Shown here: one piece after another, positions 23,782-36,948 of the stretch
Layout of the letters: every line of letters starts with the position of its first letter
Numbering within the stretch: the stretch's first letter is position 1
NCBI GenBank assembly: GCA_030390025.1
Contig: CM059431.1
Coordinates: 104,658,001-104,722,000, forward strand
DNA: 64,000 bases
Direction: 5' to 3'
From: Squalus acanthias
Taxonomy: Eukaryota
Notes under the pieces: model-generated
Database searches by the model: none
What the model was told of the DNA's origin: nothing
Seen by the model: the letters and a program-made list of their open reading frames with translations, nothing else
Made by a program: the position numbers and the translations under genes

Positions 23782-25756
23782 CTACTTGTGCTTTATCTTC
23801 CTCTTACGCATGCCCCTACATGGTGCTTCCCCTGTGGCTTCAGCAGATATGGAGGCCCCTTGCTCACTTTCTTGCTGCTCCTGTCTCAACACCTTTGGCA
23901 GGCGTCCTCTGGGGTTGCAAGCCTGTGAGGGCTCGGCAACAGTCTGCTGCTCCTGCGGCTGTGCAGGGGCTGAGACGACCATCTCAGTTGGGTGAGGACT
24001 CTGACCGAGGGCTTTGCAGTGGCATGGTCGTGTGAGTGCTTGGAGAGGAGCCCCCACTTCCTTGTTCTCTGCCACCAACATCCCTCTCATGGGTCAGCCC
24101 CACTTTAGAGCTAGCAAGTGGCTTGACAGTACCTTGCTGCACTTCAGGGGGGCCATGAGGACCCGTTTCTGCACTGGAAGTCCTACTCCAGAGGACTTCC
24201 ATGAAGGTCTGGTTTCTATGCTCAATAGCTGACCATCGCTCCTCAAGAGTGTCAGTCTATTCTGAACAATCACCATGTTTTCAATACCCTGGCGACTAAG
24301 CCCCTCCATGGCCGTAGCCATCCTCTCCTCTACCGTAGCCAGCCTTACCACGGAAGTAGCCATTCTTTCCACGGAGGTTGCCATCCTTTCCGTTTTGATG
24401 CGTTCATGCGCCAATGCCTCCACAAAGGCTCTGCTCATGTTTGCGATGGACTCCTCCATTCGCTCGACACTCGCAGCGACCCTGGAGACAAAACCTGCCA
24501 GAGACTCCTGCACCTGTTCCTGGAGTTCCAGCACCGCTCTCCTTCTGGATGGACCTGGAGGCAGAGGGTCGACATGCAGCGGAGCCGAGCTGGGAGAGTC
24601 CTGCGCCCTCCGATGAGGACTCTGCTGTCCCTGTCTCCACCATCTGCTGATGCACACTTGTGATCTGTGATACACCAGGTGACAACACTACTCTATCTCT
24701 ATCTCACGAAGGTCCCACCGAGGTGCGAGTGTCTGCGCTGGTGCTGGGTGCGCTGAATTCTGCTGACGCTGCACCCTCAGAGGTTGCAGCTTCCTCTGAG
24801 GAGTCTTCAGGCTCAAGCTGCTCCTCCTGGACAGTGGGGACGGGGGCTCTCGATGGTCCTATGGGTGAGTAAAGGAAAGAGTTAGAGATGTGAGATAAAG
24901 GTTGTATGCACATTGAATTGTGCAGATGATCATAACTCAATCTGTTAGAGCATCAGAATCATTATCAGTCACTCATGCAATGTCAATGAGAGAGATGAAA
25001 AACTATTCTGTCACCAGCTTGCTGTGATGCGCCCGTCTGTCCGTCCCCCACTTGCGCATCGTCCTCCACTCCCACGATCTCCAGGGCCGCCTCCTCTGCA
25101 TTGGTGAGCTGGGTTATTGAGGGTGGCCCTCCTCCTGTCCTCGCCCTTTCCCTCTTATTGTGGGCTCTCTTTTCCTGCAATGAGGGACACAAGTGGAGTT
25201 TGAGTGAGAATGAAGGAGTGAGTGTAGAGAATCCATAGCATAGATGCTTAGAAGAAGATAAAGATGGAGTGAGGTGCCAAGACCAAGGGCCCTCCCTGTG
25301 TGTTTAAGTTGTTGGCATTGCATCACAGTGATAGGGAGTGTGAGGGCTGCGTGGTCAAATAGTTCAGTGAATGTGACCATAGAGAGAGAGGGAATGGGTA
25401 AGGGTGCAGGGGTGTAAGGGTGAAGTTGGATATGCAGGAGGAGCTTGACAAAGCAGAGTGCTGGTGATGAGAGGCAATGGGGATCAGATTGAGGGTGATG
25501 AGAATATAATACTCACTTTTCCTGTGCAGAGAAGGTCATGAAACCTCTTTCTGCACTGCAGCCAGGTTCTGCTGCACATAGAAATAGCATTGACCTCCTG
25601 TGCCACTTGCAGCCACACAGCTTTAGTCTGTTGTGGAGGCTTTTTCCTGCCTGAGGAAGGAAAGAGCACCTCCTTGTTTGCTCTTGCTCCCTCCACCAGA
25701 GCTTGGAGGGAGGCCTCATCGAATCTAGGTGCACACTCTGGTCTAGAGCTGGACAT
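23782..25756 (-). pseudogene. Harbinger Myb/SANT-like DNA-binding protein gene, 3 exons (25756-25517, 25174-25015, 24858-about 23782)
   Basis: APRFDEASLQALVEG..WLQVAQEVN..RTWLQCRKRFHDL | EKRAHNKRERARTGGG; GT-AG sites with compatible phases (0, 1); exon 3 has a stop and frameshifts. Confidence 0.85.
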
Positions 25757-26579
25757 ACTTGCAGAAGGAATCACTCAGAACAATGGTCACAAAGTTGAAA
25801 GGCTGAAAAAGAAGCAAGGCTGCTTGTAGGCCTTAAATCTAGCAGCATTGATGACATCATCAGAGGCGAGTTTCTGTATGAAAAGGCTCATTGGGCCAGG
25901 GGTTCCCACACGCTGGAAATCAAGTGCCCAATTCGGGCAAAATCGCACTTTTGTCCCACTTTACATCAGAGTCGGGATCCTGACACGACGACCACCTGAC
26001 ATGCCCCCAGCCCGCCCCCAATGACAAAATCCAGCCCATTGTGTAGCTAAAGGAGACGTCTGTGTAAACAATGAGGGATTAGGCCTTGACGAGATAACAC
26101 AGACCTCAATGGGCCTCTTCAATAAACAATCCTTATCAGAAAGTTTGCCAGCTAGACGGTTGAGATTTGCGTGATCTATCCAGCCAATCAACTGTTACTG
26201 TGGTCTTCACATGATGCAAATTTACTGAAAAGGAGGTTTAAGATCATACGGGCTTTAACTTTAAATTTTAAACAAAAACCGCAATATATTATTGGTTATC
26301 ATGATCTAAGGCCATCATCGATAGGTCTATGAGGCCTTGGCGATGTAACATCCTGTCCAACATTGAAAGGGAAAGATATAAAGGAAGCTTTTAAGGTAAC
26401 TTCGTTACTGCAGTTAAGGGGTCGGAAGGAGAGCTACAGTCAACAAGAAACGAACCCGACCGATCATCAGAAGGAGAGAGCTGCAATCAACAGGAGCTGG
26501 CCACTTCAGGGTGATTGTATGAACATTTACTTGGAACATATTTGGACATTGTATTGCTAGAGCATCTTTACTGCTTAGA

Positions 26580-26926
26580 GTAGAGTAAGAAGGGCATTGT
26601 ACTGCCAGGTAGGCTGAGAAGGGCATTGTATTGCCAGGTAGAATAAGAAGGGCATTGTATTGCCAGGTAGAGTAAGAAGGACATTGTATTGCCAGGTAGA
26701 GTAAGAAGGGCATTGTATTGCCAGGTAGAGTAAGAAGGGCATTGTATTGCCAGGTAGAGTAAGAAGGGCAATGTATTGCCAGGTAGAGTAAGAAGGACAT
26801 TGTATTGCCAAGTAGAATAAGAAGGGCATTGTATTGCCAAGTAGAATAAGAAGGGCATTGTATTGCCAGGTAGAATAAGAAGGGCATTGTATTGCCAGGT
26901 AGAGTAAGAAGGGCATTGTATTGCCA
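26580..26926. repeat. 29-bp minisatellite, about 12 copies
   Basis: Unit AGTAAGAAGGGCATTGTATTGCCAGGTAG. Confidence 0.95.
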
Positions 26927-27981
26927 TTTAAATCTATAAGTGTTGTAGTTTTCTTTTCCCTCTTAATTCCTTTAATAAATTACCTTATTTAACTTAAGAG
27001 TTTTTGGGTGATTCATTAATTAATACCCTTGTAATTCGCGGGTCAAAACGAACTACAAGCCTGAGAATAGGACAGCGAGGCTTACAGGCTCATAATAAAC
27101 AACAGAAGTGTCTTTTTAACGACATGTTAATTGTTAATGCAATGCCAATCAATCTCTCTGCCCCAGAAATTGAACAATTTAAACTGTTCAATCTCATTCC
27201 TGCATGTCGTAAATTGTTGTTAGAGACTTTTTTAAATTTAAATTTTAAAATGTTTCTTACTTTTCCTTTCTGCCTCCTTTTTCTCTCTCTCTTAATCCAA
27301 TTTTTCTTTCCCTCTCTTTATTTCTCTTACTGTAGCTGATTTGACTCTAATTGACGCTCCTTCCTTCTCCGTTGTTCGCCCTGTTTCTTTCTCAATCCTT
27401 AAGTCTCACGGGTTAAGGAGATAGAGTGTTGGTCCCGTCCTTCACCGAGGTCCCCAGAAGCCCTGTTGCTCTCACCGCACCATTATCAGCTCGCACTTCC
27501 AGCAAGCTACAACGCAAAAAATCAAGCTGAAGGGTGCAGGGAAAGTGTAACTAATGGCACAGACTGTGAGATGCTCCACTCCAGCAAGATTTGAGCCATT
27601 AATAAGCAACTCAAGATATATGTGAGGTAACTGCCCTGTTTAATGGTTTATCTGTGAATGTTTTGTTTATACCATAATTCCAGCATAAAATGTGATGCTA
27701 AAATAAATGTATTGTAATTTGATTTTAATTAGTGTGGACAGAAATTTGAACATTAATATTTCATGTCTGCCCTCCTGTTGAAAATCTGTTTGAAAATGAA
27801 GAACAAGTGAACTGCTACTGGAACTGATCCACACTTAGTGATGCTTGAAGTTATCCATATTTTTATACAGTACCAGGGAAATGTACAGCTAGCAATTTAA
27901 ATTAGCTCTCTGGCAATTTATTAAAAGATATAGTTGGCTAAAGTTGGTTTAGGGATATAGCGGAATATAAATGGAGTCCCA

Positions 27982-29780
27982 GACCAGAATTTTCCGGGGT
28001 GGTAGCGGGCACGATCGGTGGCGGGTCGGGTGGCAAAGTTGTTATTTTTGATAGCGGGTCGGGAACCTGCTGTCATCTTGCCCCTACGCGCCTTTCCCCC
28101 AGGCGCGTCTGTCATCATGGAGCCAACCCGACCGGCAGTGGCGGGCGAGCCAATTGAGATGATTAGCAGCTAGTTGTCAGACCCTTAACAGAGTTTTTAA
28201 ACTCACTGTAAAATTTAACTGCATGGCCACGGCAACCACGCTGCTCGGGAACCACGTCTGTCAACCTGAGACAGGAGTTCAGTGGCCATTGCTCCAGCTG
28301 ATTTCTTGACAGCATGAAGTGTACAGTAAAAGCTCCCACCTGACAGATGATCACTTTCCTCAGGCAGAAGCTATTGTTCAGTCCATTTCCAGCACAGATT
28401 CTGCAGGCTGCAAGTCTTTCCAGCAAAGTCTCCATCCAGTCTCACCTCATTGGAAGAACTCTCTCACCATTGACAGATCGCTTCTGTCATTTGTACTTCA
28501 CCTGCCTTCTATTCCATCAACATGTGTGCTGTTTACACTGTCTCACCTTGGTCCTCAGAATCTGACCACGATCAGCCCCAACACCAGCAGCACCAGGCAC
28601 ACCAGCAACACCAACAACAACACCAACCAACATTCTCCGCAATCACCTGATGCTGCACAGGACACAGGGCATCAGCACCTGAGCACATTGCTGGCCGGGA
28701 GGCCTGGGATGGCCTCACCATGGCCAGGTTTAGTTAACTTTATGCTGTAGACCCATATGGCTGCCACATGATGTGCCAGGTTGGCACCACCCCACACCAA
28801 GACCATAAAGCATCCCTACAATGCCCAAGCCATTCCTTTCACACTCATCACCATTGTGGAGGTACCGTTATGTCTCACCATTCACTGCAACTCACTAAGC
28901 CACTTCCAAAGAGGCACACAAATCTGTCCAAGACCAAAAAGTGTTGAAAATAAAGATTTTTATGTTTGACACCACATTAACAGAAACTTTACACAAATAT
29001 TGGATAAAACATCCAAGTGGCTACCCTTGTGTGCTGTTAGTTGGTATGATTGCACTGGGATGAGGGTGAGTGTGAGGGGTGGCTAGTGAAATGGGGATGT
29101 GATAATGTAGATAGAGAGAGAGGGATGGATGGAGGTGCAAGGTAAGTTGGTGTGAGTAAGGATGTGCAGGAGTAGGGTAGGGAAGACAGAGTGATGGGGA
29201 TGTGATGAGAGGCACAGCAGGATAAAGTTGAGTGTGGCTTTGTACTAACGTTTCGTGTTCTACTGAGATCATTGAAATGTTTGCGGCACTGCACCCAGGT
29301 CCTCCTGACCACATCCCTGCTTGTGACCTCCTCTGCAAGTGCAACCAGGCTGTGTTGGTCTCCTGGGGAGGTCTCTTCCGCCCATCGGAAGGGAAGAGGA
29401 CCTCCCTGCGTGCTCGAACTCCCTCCATAAGCATATGGAGGGAGTCATCGGAGAACCTGGGTGCAGCCCTCTGCCTCTGTGCAGTCACTGTCAGTGTTTG
29501 CAGCACCTCAATGCTGTAGAACACTGACAACACTATGTTAGATTAAACGTCAAATGTAATGTGGCCAGGGTCCCTTTAAAGATCCCAGCTGAAAACGTGT
29601 CATGAATGAAGTCACCAGACCCGCTCCATTTAATTGGGCCGGGTAACGCGCTGGGTGGGCTTGATAAGCCCCGTTAACCTAAGTTTGTTTTCGGCAAGCG
29701 GGATGGAGTCAGCAGCGGGGTCGTGACCCGCCATGGCCAGTGCCCGCACCGGACACGCCGAGCAAGGCAAACTTCCGGCC
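27982..29780. mobile_element. Non-autonomous Harbinger deletion derivative (family D)
   Basis: TIR GACCAGAATTTTCC / rc GGCCGGAAGTTTGC; TSD CCA; Myb exon 1 RAAPRFSDDSLHMLMEGVRARREVLFP on the minus strand. Confidence 0.85.
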
Positions 29781-29892
29781 CCAGTTTACATAAGTAAATA
29801 AATGATGTAGCGGAGAGACACTTCAATAATAATAAAAAAGCATTTAACATCTCGTACTTCAACCTTATTGCGTAAAATTGCACAATATACAG

Positions 29893-30357
29893 TCAGCTGT
29901 GGCTCAGTGGGTAGCAGTCTCGCCTCTGAGTCAGAAGGTTGTGGGTTAAAGTCCAACTCCAGAGAGACTGAGCAAAAAAATCCAAGCTGACACTCTGGTG
30001 CAGTGCTGAGGGAGTGCTGCACTGTCGGAGGTGCCGTCTTTCGGATGAGACGTTAAACCGAGGCCCTGTCTGCTCTCTCATTTGGGCGTAAAAGATCCCA
30101 TGGCGCTATTTCGAAGAAGAGCAGGGGACTTATCCCCGGTGTCCTGGGCCAATATTTATCCCTCAGTCAACATCTCTAAAACAGATTATCTGGTCATGAT
30201 CACATTGCTGTTTGTGGGAGCTTGCTGTGCGCAAATTGGCTGCCGCGTTTCCCACATTACAACAGTGACTACACTTCAAAAAAGTACTTAATTGGCTGTA
30301 AGGCACTTTGGGACATCCTGAGGTTATGAAAGACGCTATAGAAATGCAAGTTTTTCT
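29893..30357 (+). mobile_element. tRNA-derived DeuSINE (SacSINE1-like), near full length
   Basis: TGGCTCAGTGG A box; Deu-like core; L2-like tail GACGCTATAGAAATGCAAG. Confidence 0.8.
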
Positions 30358-30747
30358 CTTATACTCAGTGCTGAGGCCCCGAGAGAGGGAGAAAGCAGAT
30401 GTAGGTTTATAAGATGTAATTTAGAATTCATTTTTTCCGTAATTATTGAATTTGTGTGTTTATATTTTTATCTTTCGGGTGTTTAGTGGGCTGGCTGCAG
30501 CATCAACGTGGCTACTTTGGTGGGGAAAAAAAATCAAGGATATGATTCAGTCCTTTTTTTATGAATGGAAGTTTTTATGTGATCTAAAATTAACGTTTGT
30601 CTTTTTAGATTGGTTGTTCTCGTGAATATGAAATATGAGCAATTCAGCAGACGTGTTTGACATGCCAGATGGAATTGTTTAATGACATAGATACTTAGTG
30701 TGGTATCTTTTGGTTAATCAACATTCTAAATTTATAATGATACGACA

Positions 30748-31250
30748 AAAACAACAACCACTTGTATTTATCTAGCACCTTTAATGTCGTAAAACGTCCC
30801 AAGGCGCTTCACAGGAATATTATAAGACAAAAAAATTGACATCGCGCTATATAAGGAGATATTAGGACAGGTGACCAAAAGCTTGGTCAAAGAGGTAGGT
30901 TTTAAGGAGCGTCTTAAAGGAGGAAAGAGAGGTAGAGAGGCGGAGAGGATTAGGGAGGGAATCCCAGAGCTTAGGGCCTAGGCAGCTGAAGGCACGGCCA
31001 CCAATGGTTGAGCGATTATAATCAGGGATGCTCAAGAGGGCAGAATTAGAGGAGCGCAGCTATCTCGGGGGGGTTGTGGGGCTGAAGGAGATTAGAGAGA
31101 TAGGGAGGGGCGAGGCCATGGAGGGTTTTATAACAAGGATGTGAATTTTGAAGTCGAGGCGCTGCTTAACCAAGAGCCAATGTAGGTCAGCGAGCACAAG
31201 GAGTGATGGACGAACGGGACTTGGTGCGAGTTAGGACACGGGCAGCCGAC
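30748..31250 (-). mobile_element. L2 LINE 3' fragment
   Basis: Same sequence family as 2499-3295 and 41719-42332. Confidence 0.85.
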
Positions 31251-31480
31251 ATCACAATCATTGTCCCATCAACACAGATGATTTAATGCCGCCAATAACA
31301 ATAACCTGCATTTATGTGGCGTCTTTAACATAGATAAAACCTGATAGGAGTGTAACTCAGACAAAAATTGACAAAGAGCCAAAGGTAGGTATTAGAAGTC
31401 AAAACTTGATCAAAGAGGTAGGTTTTAAGCAGGGTTTTAACAGAGCAGAGACAGGTGGAGAGACGGAGAGGTTTAAGAAA

Positions 31481-32025
31481 TTAAGAACATAGGAAATAGG
31501 AGCAGGAGTCGGCCATTCGGCCCCTCGAGCCTGCTCCGCCATTCAATAAGATCATGGCTGATCTTCTACCTCAACTCCACCTTCCTGCACTAACCCCATA
31601 TCCCTTGAATCCCTTAGTATCCAAAAATCTATCGATCTCAGTCTTGAATATACTCAACGACTGAGCATCCACAGCCCTCTGGGGTAGAGACTTCCAAGGA
31701 TTCACAACCCTTTGAGTCAAGAAATGTCTCCACATCTCAGTCCTAAATGGCCGACCCCTTATTCTGAGTCTGTGACCCCTGGTTCTAGACTCCCCAGCCA
31801 GGGGAAACAGCATCTACCTTGTCAAGTCCCTTAAGAATGTTATATGTTTCAATGAGATCATCTCTCATTCTTCAAAACTCTAGGGAATAGAGGCCTAGTC
31901 TACTCAATCTCTCCTCATAGGACAATCCCCCCATCCCAGGAATCAGTCTGGTGAACCTTTGTTGCACCCCCTCCAAGGCAAGTATATCCTTCCTTAGGTA
32001 AGGAGGCCAAAACTGTACACAGTAC
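31481..32025 (-). mobile_element. CR1 3' fragment inserted in an older L2 remnant (about 31300-32240)
   Basis: ESRTRGHRLRIRG..TQRVVN; CR1 tail at 31481. Confidence 0.85.
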
Positions 32026-32539
32026 TTTGGAGCTTAGGGCCTTGACGGCTGAAGCCACAGACTCCAACGGTGGGATGAAAGGAATAGGAGATGCACAAGA
32101 GGACATGGCTGGAGCAACGCAGAAATCTCGGAGGGTTTTAGAGCTGGAGGAGTTCACAGCGATCGAGATCGGCCAGATGTGAACATGAGGATGAGAATCT
32201 TAAATTGGAGTTCTGACAGCCAGTTCCCAGTGAGGAGCGCACACCAGAGGTTGGTTACAGAGTCTGTATCATGTTGCGGCACTCCTGTTCTTAATAGAGA
32301 GAGTAATGATCCAAGGAAATACGCAGCTTTAACTCGTGCATTACTGCTGGTTACTGGGTATGCCAAACACACTGCCGGTTCTATCAATTTCCAGGAAGTG
32401 CAATCTTACCTTCAGCTGATCTGATTAGATATCGACGTCCTGCCCTGATTAGATAAACCTTGGTCTGATCAGTCCATCCTTCCCTACGCTGATCAGTTCC
32501 TCGTTCCCCTGCTAGCATTAATAAATTAATAAAAAAATG

Positions 32540-32738
32540 AACGCAGCGAGTCGTTATGATCTGGAATTCACTGCCTGAAAGGGCGGTGGAAGCCAATTCA
32601 ATATTAACTTTCAGAAGGGAATTGGATATATACTTGTAAAGGAATAAAAATTGCAGTGCTATGGCGAGAAAGCAGAGGAGTGGGACTAATTGGATTGATC
32701 TTTCAAAAATTCCTTCTGTGCTGTATGACTCTATGATT
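32540..32738 (+). mobile_element. CR1 3' end fragment
   Basis: TGGAATTCACTGCCTGAAAGGG..TTCTGTGCTGTATGACTCTATGA. Confidence 0.65.
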
Positions 32739-33535
32739 AGATGTCGATACCTTGACCTTGTTGCCTGGGCAGTTCTCGACCGCTGTGTGAAGCTGTATCC
32801 CCGGCAGACCCTGATTAGATTTAGTCGCCCTCCACTGACCCTACTCTGCCGACTAACTGGCCCATTTCTCGTAACTTCATCACCACCAAGCGTCAGGACC
32901 ATGGACCAACATTCAATCATTTTTATTAAGAGCATGTCTCCCCCACCCACCCCCCTGGCCCCTCCTTTTCCCTCCCCCTCCCCCGCTCTGATTACGGCCG
33001 CAAATTTGCCGGCGCTCAGAGGGCGGGTTTGGAGGCAGGTCGGGAGTAAAAATCTAAATGATTGACGACGGGTTGTGAACCCACTGCCATCCCGCCTCCA
33101 CGCAACTTTGCCAAGTTTCGGGTCTGCGAGTCCCGAACAGACCCAACACCAAATGGGGGGAGAGGCTTTTAAGGCAGTTAACAGCTTGTTGATTGCCTTG
33201 ATAATCTTATTTTAACTGCCTTTTCCGATTTTAGAGCATTTTCTGCGTGTTGCCCGTCGTCCGACAAACATGCCAGCTGCATTGTGCCGGGTTTAGCGAG
33301 GAGCTGAATTGCTGGCAGCTGCTCCAGCAGCTTAAAAGTGGTCCTACAACATGGCTGAGTTTCAGATGCCACAACTTAGTGCTTTGAGGTTTTGGCAAAC
33401 ATTTTGCAACTCTACTGATCCTGTGAGTGTTCAAGCTGAGATCCACCTGCAGTGTGACTTCCTTGGAATATCCTCTGGCCACTTTGACTGAGCGCTTACA
33501 AACTCTATTCCTCAACTGAGATATATACCAGTGGA

Positions 33536-34760
33536 ATGGGAACCATTTATATCCTCTCATCCTGGTCGTCAGATTCGGAGGAAGAACAGCCGTGGCAGCA
33601 GCAGAACCGTCCACCACAGCTGCAGCAACAACAGGAGCGCCAACCTTCTCCTCAGCCACCTGATGCTGCACAGGGCAGAGGGCGCCAGTGCAGGGCTGCA
33701 CCTCGCTGCAGGAGATACCCCCAACACCGCTTTACAGGCAGAGGATGAGCTTCTGCAGCATGAGTGAGCAGCAGTGCCAAAGGAGGCTAAGACTTTCGCG
33801 AGACGTTGTCGCTGACATCGGCGCAATGCGGCACCAACACCTGGAGCCCAGAGGAGCGGGTGGACACTCCTTACCAGTGGCTGTCAAAGTCACCACCCCA
33901 CTCAACTTCTTTGCTTCGGGCTCATTACAGGGATCAGCTGCAGACATCAGCGGCATCTCCCAGTCGGCCGCACACGCCTGCATCACGCAGGTTTCCGACC
34001 GATGCCCTCTTTGCAAAGTCGCACAATTACATCCACTTCTCCATGGATGAAGCAAGTGTAACCTCGCGTGCAGTTGGCTTTGCAAATATGGCAGGCTTCC
34101 CAAGCGTGCAGGGCGTCGTAGACTGCACACATGTGGCCATTAGGGCACCCCATCACAACCCAGCTGTATTTGTCAACCGCAAGGGATTCCACTCCCTCAA
34201 CGTCCAGCTAGTGTGTAACCACAGGAAGGGCATTTTGCATGTTTGCGCCAAGTACCCTGGCAGTTGCCATGACTCCTTCATCCTGCGACAGTCTACTGTG
34301 CCTCAGCTCTTCAAGCCACCAACCCAACTTTCCGGATGGCTACTTGGCGACAAGGGCTTTCTCCCGAAAAAGTGGCTCATGACACCAATGAGGAGGCCAT
34401 CAAACGAGGCTGAGGAGCGGTACAATGTGAGCCACATTTCCACCAGAAGCATCATAGAGCAAACCATTGGCTTGCTCAAAATGCGATTCTGATGCCTCGA
34501 CAGATCTGGTGGCGCCCTGCAATATGCACCAGCCAGGGTCTCCAGAATCATCGTCATCTGCTGTGCCCAGCACAACATCGCTCAGTAGTGTGGCTTAGCG
34601 CTGCCTGAGGAACAAGTGGCTCAGCGCACAGCCTCCTCGGAAGAAGAGGAGGAGGAGGAGGAGGAGGAGGAGGAGGAGGATGAGGAGGAGGACGAGGAGG
34701 AGGCGGCAGATGAGGGATACCTTGCGGGGCCGGATGTGCCAATTCCACCAACACATCCGT
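33536..34760 (+). pseudogene. HARBI1-like Harbinger transposase (frameshifted)
   Basis: MGTIYILSSW..; [39 protein letters not shown]; poly-Glu tract at about 34640-34700. Confidence 0.9.
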
Positions 34761-35076
34761 CAGGCACTCGTCCATGCCAGATTCGTGTAAACTTACGTTT
34801 CAACCGCAGGTGGCTGGCAGATGGAGATGAATGTCTGGACGACCTTCTTAACACACCATTCATCATCTGTACAATACAATGTGGTTTCCTATCACTCTCG
34901 CCACCATCACTACAAATGCAAGTCGTCCTGACCCCTCACTGTCCAACTTCCATTTCTGAGCACACATAGGTCAAATCTTCGATTCTTTGCCATCACTTTT
35001 GTTTAATAAAGTTGCAATCAAGATGATAAACTTTACTTTGTAAGATAAGAAAAAACCCAAGTGACTACCCTTGTGA

Positions 35077-36948
35077 CTATTTGTGTGTTGACTTTCTCTC
35101 ACGCGTGCTTCTACGTGGTGCTTCCCCTGTGGCTTCAGCAGGTGTAGAGGCACCTTGCTCACTTCTATGCTGCGCCTGCTTAGATGCCTTTGGTGGGCGT
35201 CCTCTGAGTTTGGGAGCCTGGGAGGGCTCCACAACTGTCTGCTCTTCCTGCAGCTGTGCAGGGGCTGAGACGGCCATCTCAGTTGGGTGAGGAATCTGGG
35301 GCTCTGACTGAGGGCTCCACAGTGGCATAGGAGTGTGAGCACTTGGAGAGGAGCCCACACTTCCTTGTTGTCGGCCACCAACATCCCTCTCATGGGTCAC
35401 CCACACTTCAGTGCTAGCAAATGGCTGGAGAGCACCTTGCTGCACATCAGTGGGGCCATGAGGACCCGTCTCTGTACTGTACTCATAACGGGGATGTCCA
35501 TGAACCTCTGGTGTCTCTCCTCAATAGCTGCCCATCTATCCACCATAGCAGATCATCTATTTGGAAGAGTCACCATGCTCTGTTGAGTTTGGCGAGTTAT
35601 GTCCTCCAAGGAGGTTGACACCCTCTCCATGGCGGCACGTTAATGCGCCATTGCCTCCACCAAGGCAGTGCTCATGTTTGAGATGGACTCCTTCAATCTC
35701 TGCACACTCCTGAACTTGTTCCTGAAATTCCAGCACCACTCTCTTTCAGGATGGCCTCAGAGGCACAGGGTCGACATGCAGCTGAGCAGAGCTAGGAGCA
35801 TCCTGCGACCTCCGACGAGGACTCTCCTCTGCTGTCCCTGTCTCCACCATCTGCTGATGCTCACTTGTGAGCTGTGATACACCAGGTGACAACACTACTC
35901 TATGTCGCGAAGGACCCACCGAGGTGTGCATTTCTGCGCTGGTGCTGGGTGCACTGAGTTCTGGTAACGCTGCTCCCTCAGAGGCTGCAGTCTGAGGAGT
36001 CGTCCGGCTCTTCCTCATGTACAGTGGGGTGGGGGGCTCTCGATGGTCCTGTGGGAGAGTAAAGGCATGATTTAGACATCTGATATTGATGTAGCATGAC
36101 ACATCCTTTTGAGCAGATGATACAATGCGATTCTCTATGAACATCATATGCCATTGCAGTCAATTACTAAATGTCAATGAGAGGGATGAAACTCTATTAT
36201 GTCACCAGCTTCCTCTAGTGTGCCCGTCTCTCCATCACCCACTTCCAGGTCCTCGCCATCTCCAACAATTTTGTGTGCAGCCTCCTCAGCACTGGTCAAT
36301 GTTACTAGGTTAGGTGTACCTCCTCCAGTCATTGCTCTCTCCCTCTTATTGTGGGCTATCGTTTCCTGCAAGGAGGGACACAAGCGGCGTTTCAACCACA
36401 GTGATAGCGTGAGTGTGAAGAATCCCTACCATGGAAGCTTTGAGGGAGATGAAGATGGGGTAAGGCGCCAAGAGGAAGCTAGCTCCCTGTGCCTTGTTAG
36501 TTGTTTTCACTGCATGACAGTGAGAGCAAGTCTAAGGGGTGCATAGGCAGGATGCTGAAGTGATTCCGTGCAGAGACAGAGATGGATAGGTAAGGGTGCA
36601 AGGGAAGTAAGAGTAAGGTGGGATGTGGAGGACCAGGCTTACAACGCAGAGTGCTGGTGATGAGAAGAGAAGGGAAGCAGATTCAAGGTAAGTGTGATGG
36701 GATACTCACTTTTGATGTTCTCACAAGATCATTGAACTTTTTCGGCACTGGATCCATGAGCGTGAACATATGGACCTTGCGTTCACCTCCTGAGTAATGT
36801 GCAGCCAGGCTGCCTTGGTCTGCTGAGGAGGCTTCCTCCGGCCATCAGGAGGGAAGAGAATCTCCCTGTGCCCTCTGACAGCATCCACAAGAGCATGGAG
36901 GGGCTCATCATTAAATCAAGGAGTTGCCTTGCCTCTGGAAGAAGTCAT
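35077..36948 (-). pseudogene. Harbinger Myb/SANT-like gene, 3 exons, decayed
   Basis: Same exon layout and splice sites as 23782-25756; IAHNKRERAMTGGG; stop and frameshift in exon 1. Confidence 0.8.

Larger units (their letters stand above)
17156..26037. mobile_element. Two-gene PIF/Harbinger transposon (decayed), copy 1
   Basis: TIR GGGCTCGATTTTGCC / rc GGGCTGGATTTTGTC; flanks TTT/ATT; convergent transposase (+) and Myb/SANT gene (-). Confidence 0.9.
16995..27057 (+). mobile_element. Probable solo LTR (about 1.2 kb) split by the Harbinger insertion
   Basis: TGTA..TACA termini; AATAAA near 26974; internal 29-bp array; flanks GGGC/AGCC match only partly. Confidence 0.45.
16738..27597. mobile_element. 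Old Harbinger-type MITE (about 0.8 kb of its own sequence) forming the outer shell of the nest
   Basis: TIR GGGCCAAACCTTGCTGGA / rc GGCTCAAATCTTGCTGGA; TSD ATT at 16735-16737 and 27598-27600. Confidence 0.7.

Noticed and set aside
26580..26926. CRISPR-like array, or the repetitive ORFs 26414-26927
   Set aside because: Units are contiguous with no unique spacers and the context is eukaryotic; the ORFs are by-products of a 29-bp period
29893..29965. tRNA gene
   Set aside because: It is a degenerate SINE head continuing into the Deu-like core; I cannot build a cloverleaf
32272..32880. Small solo LTR with CTGATTAGAT repeats
   Set aside because: A TG start is present but there is no clean CA end or TSD; too weak to call
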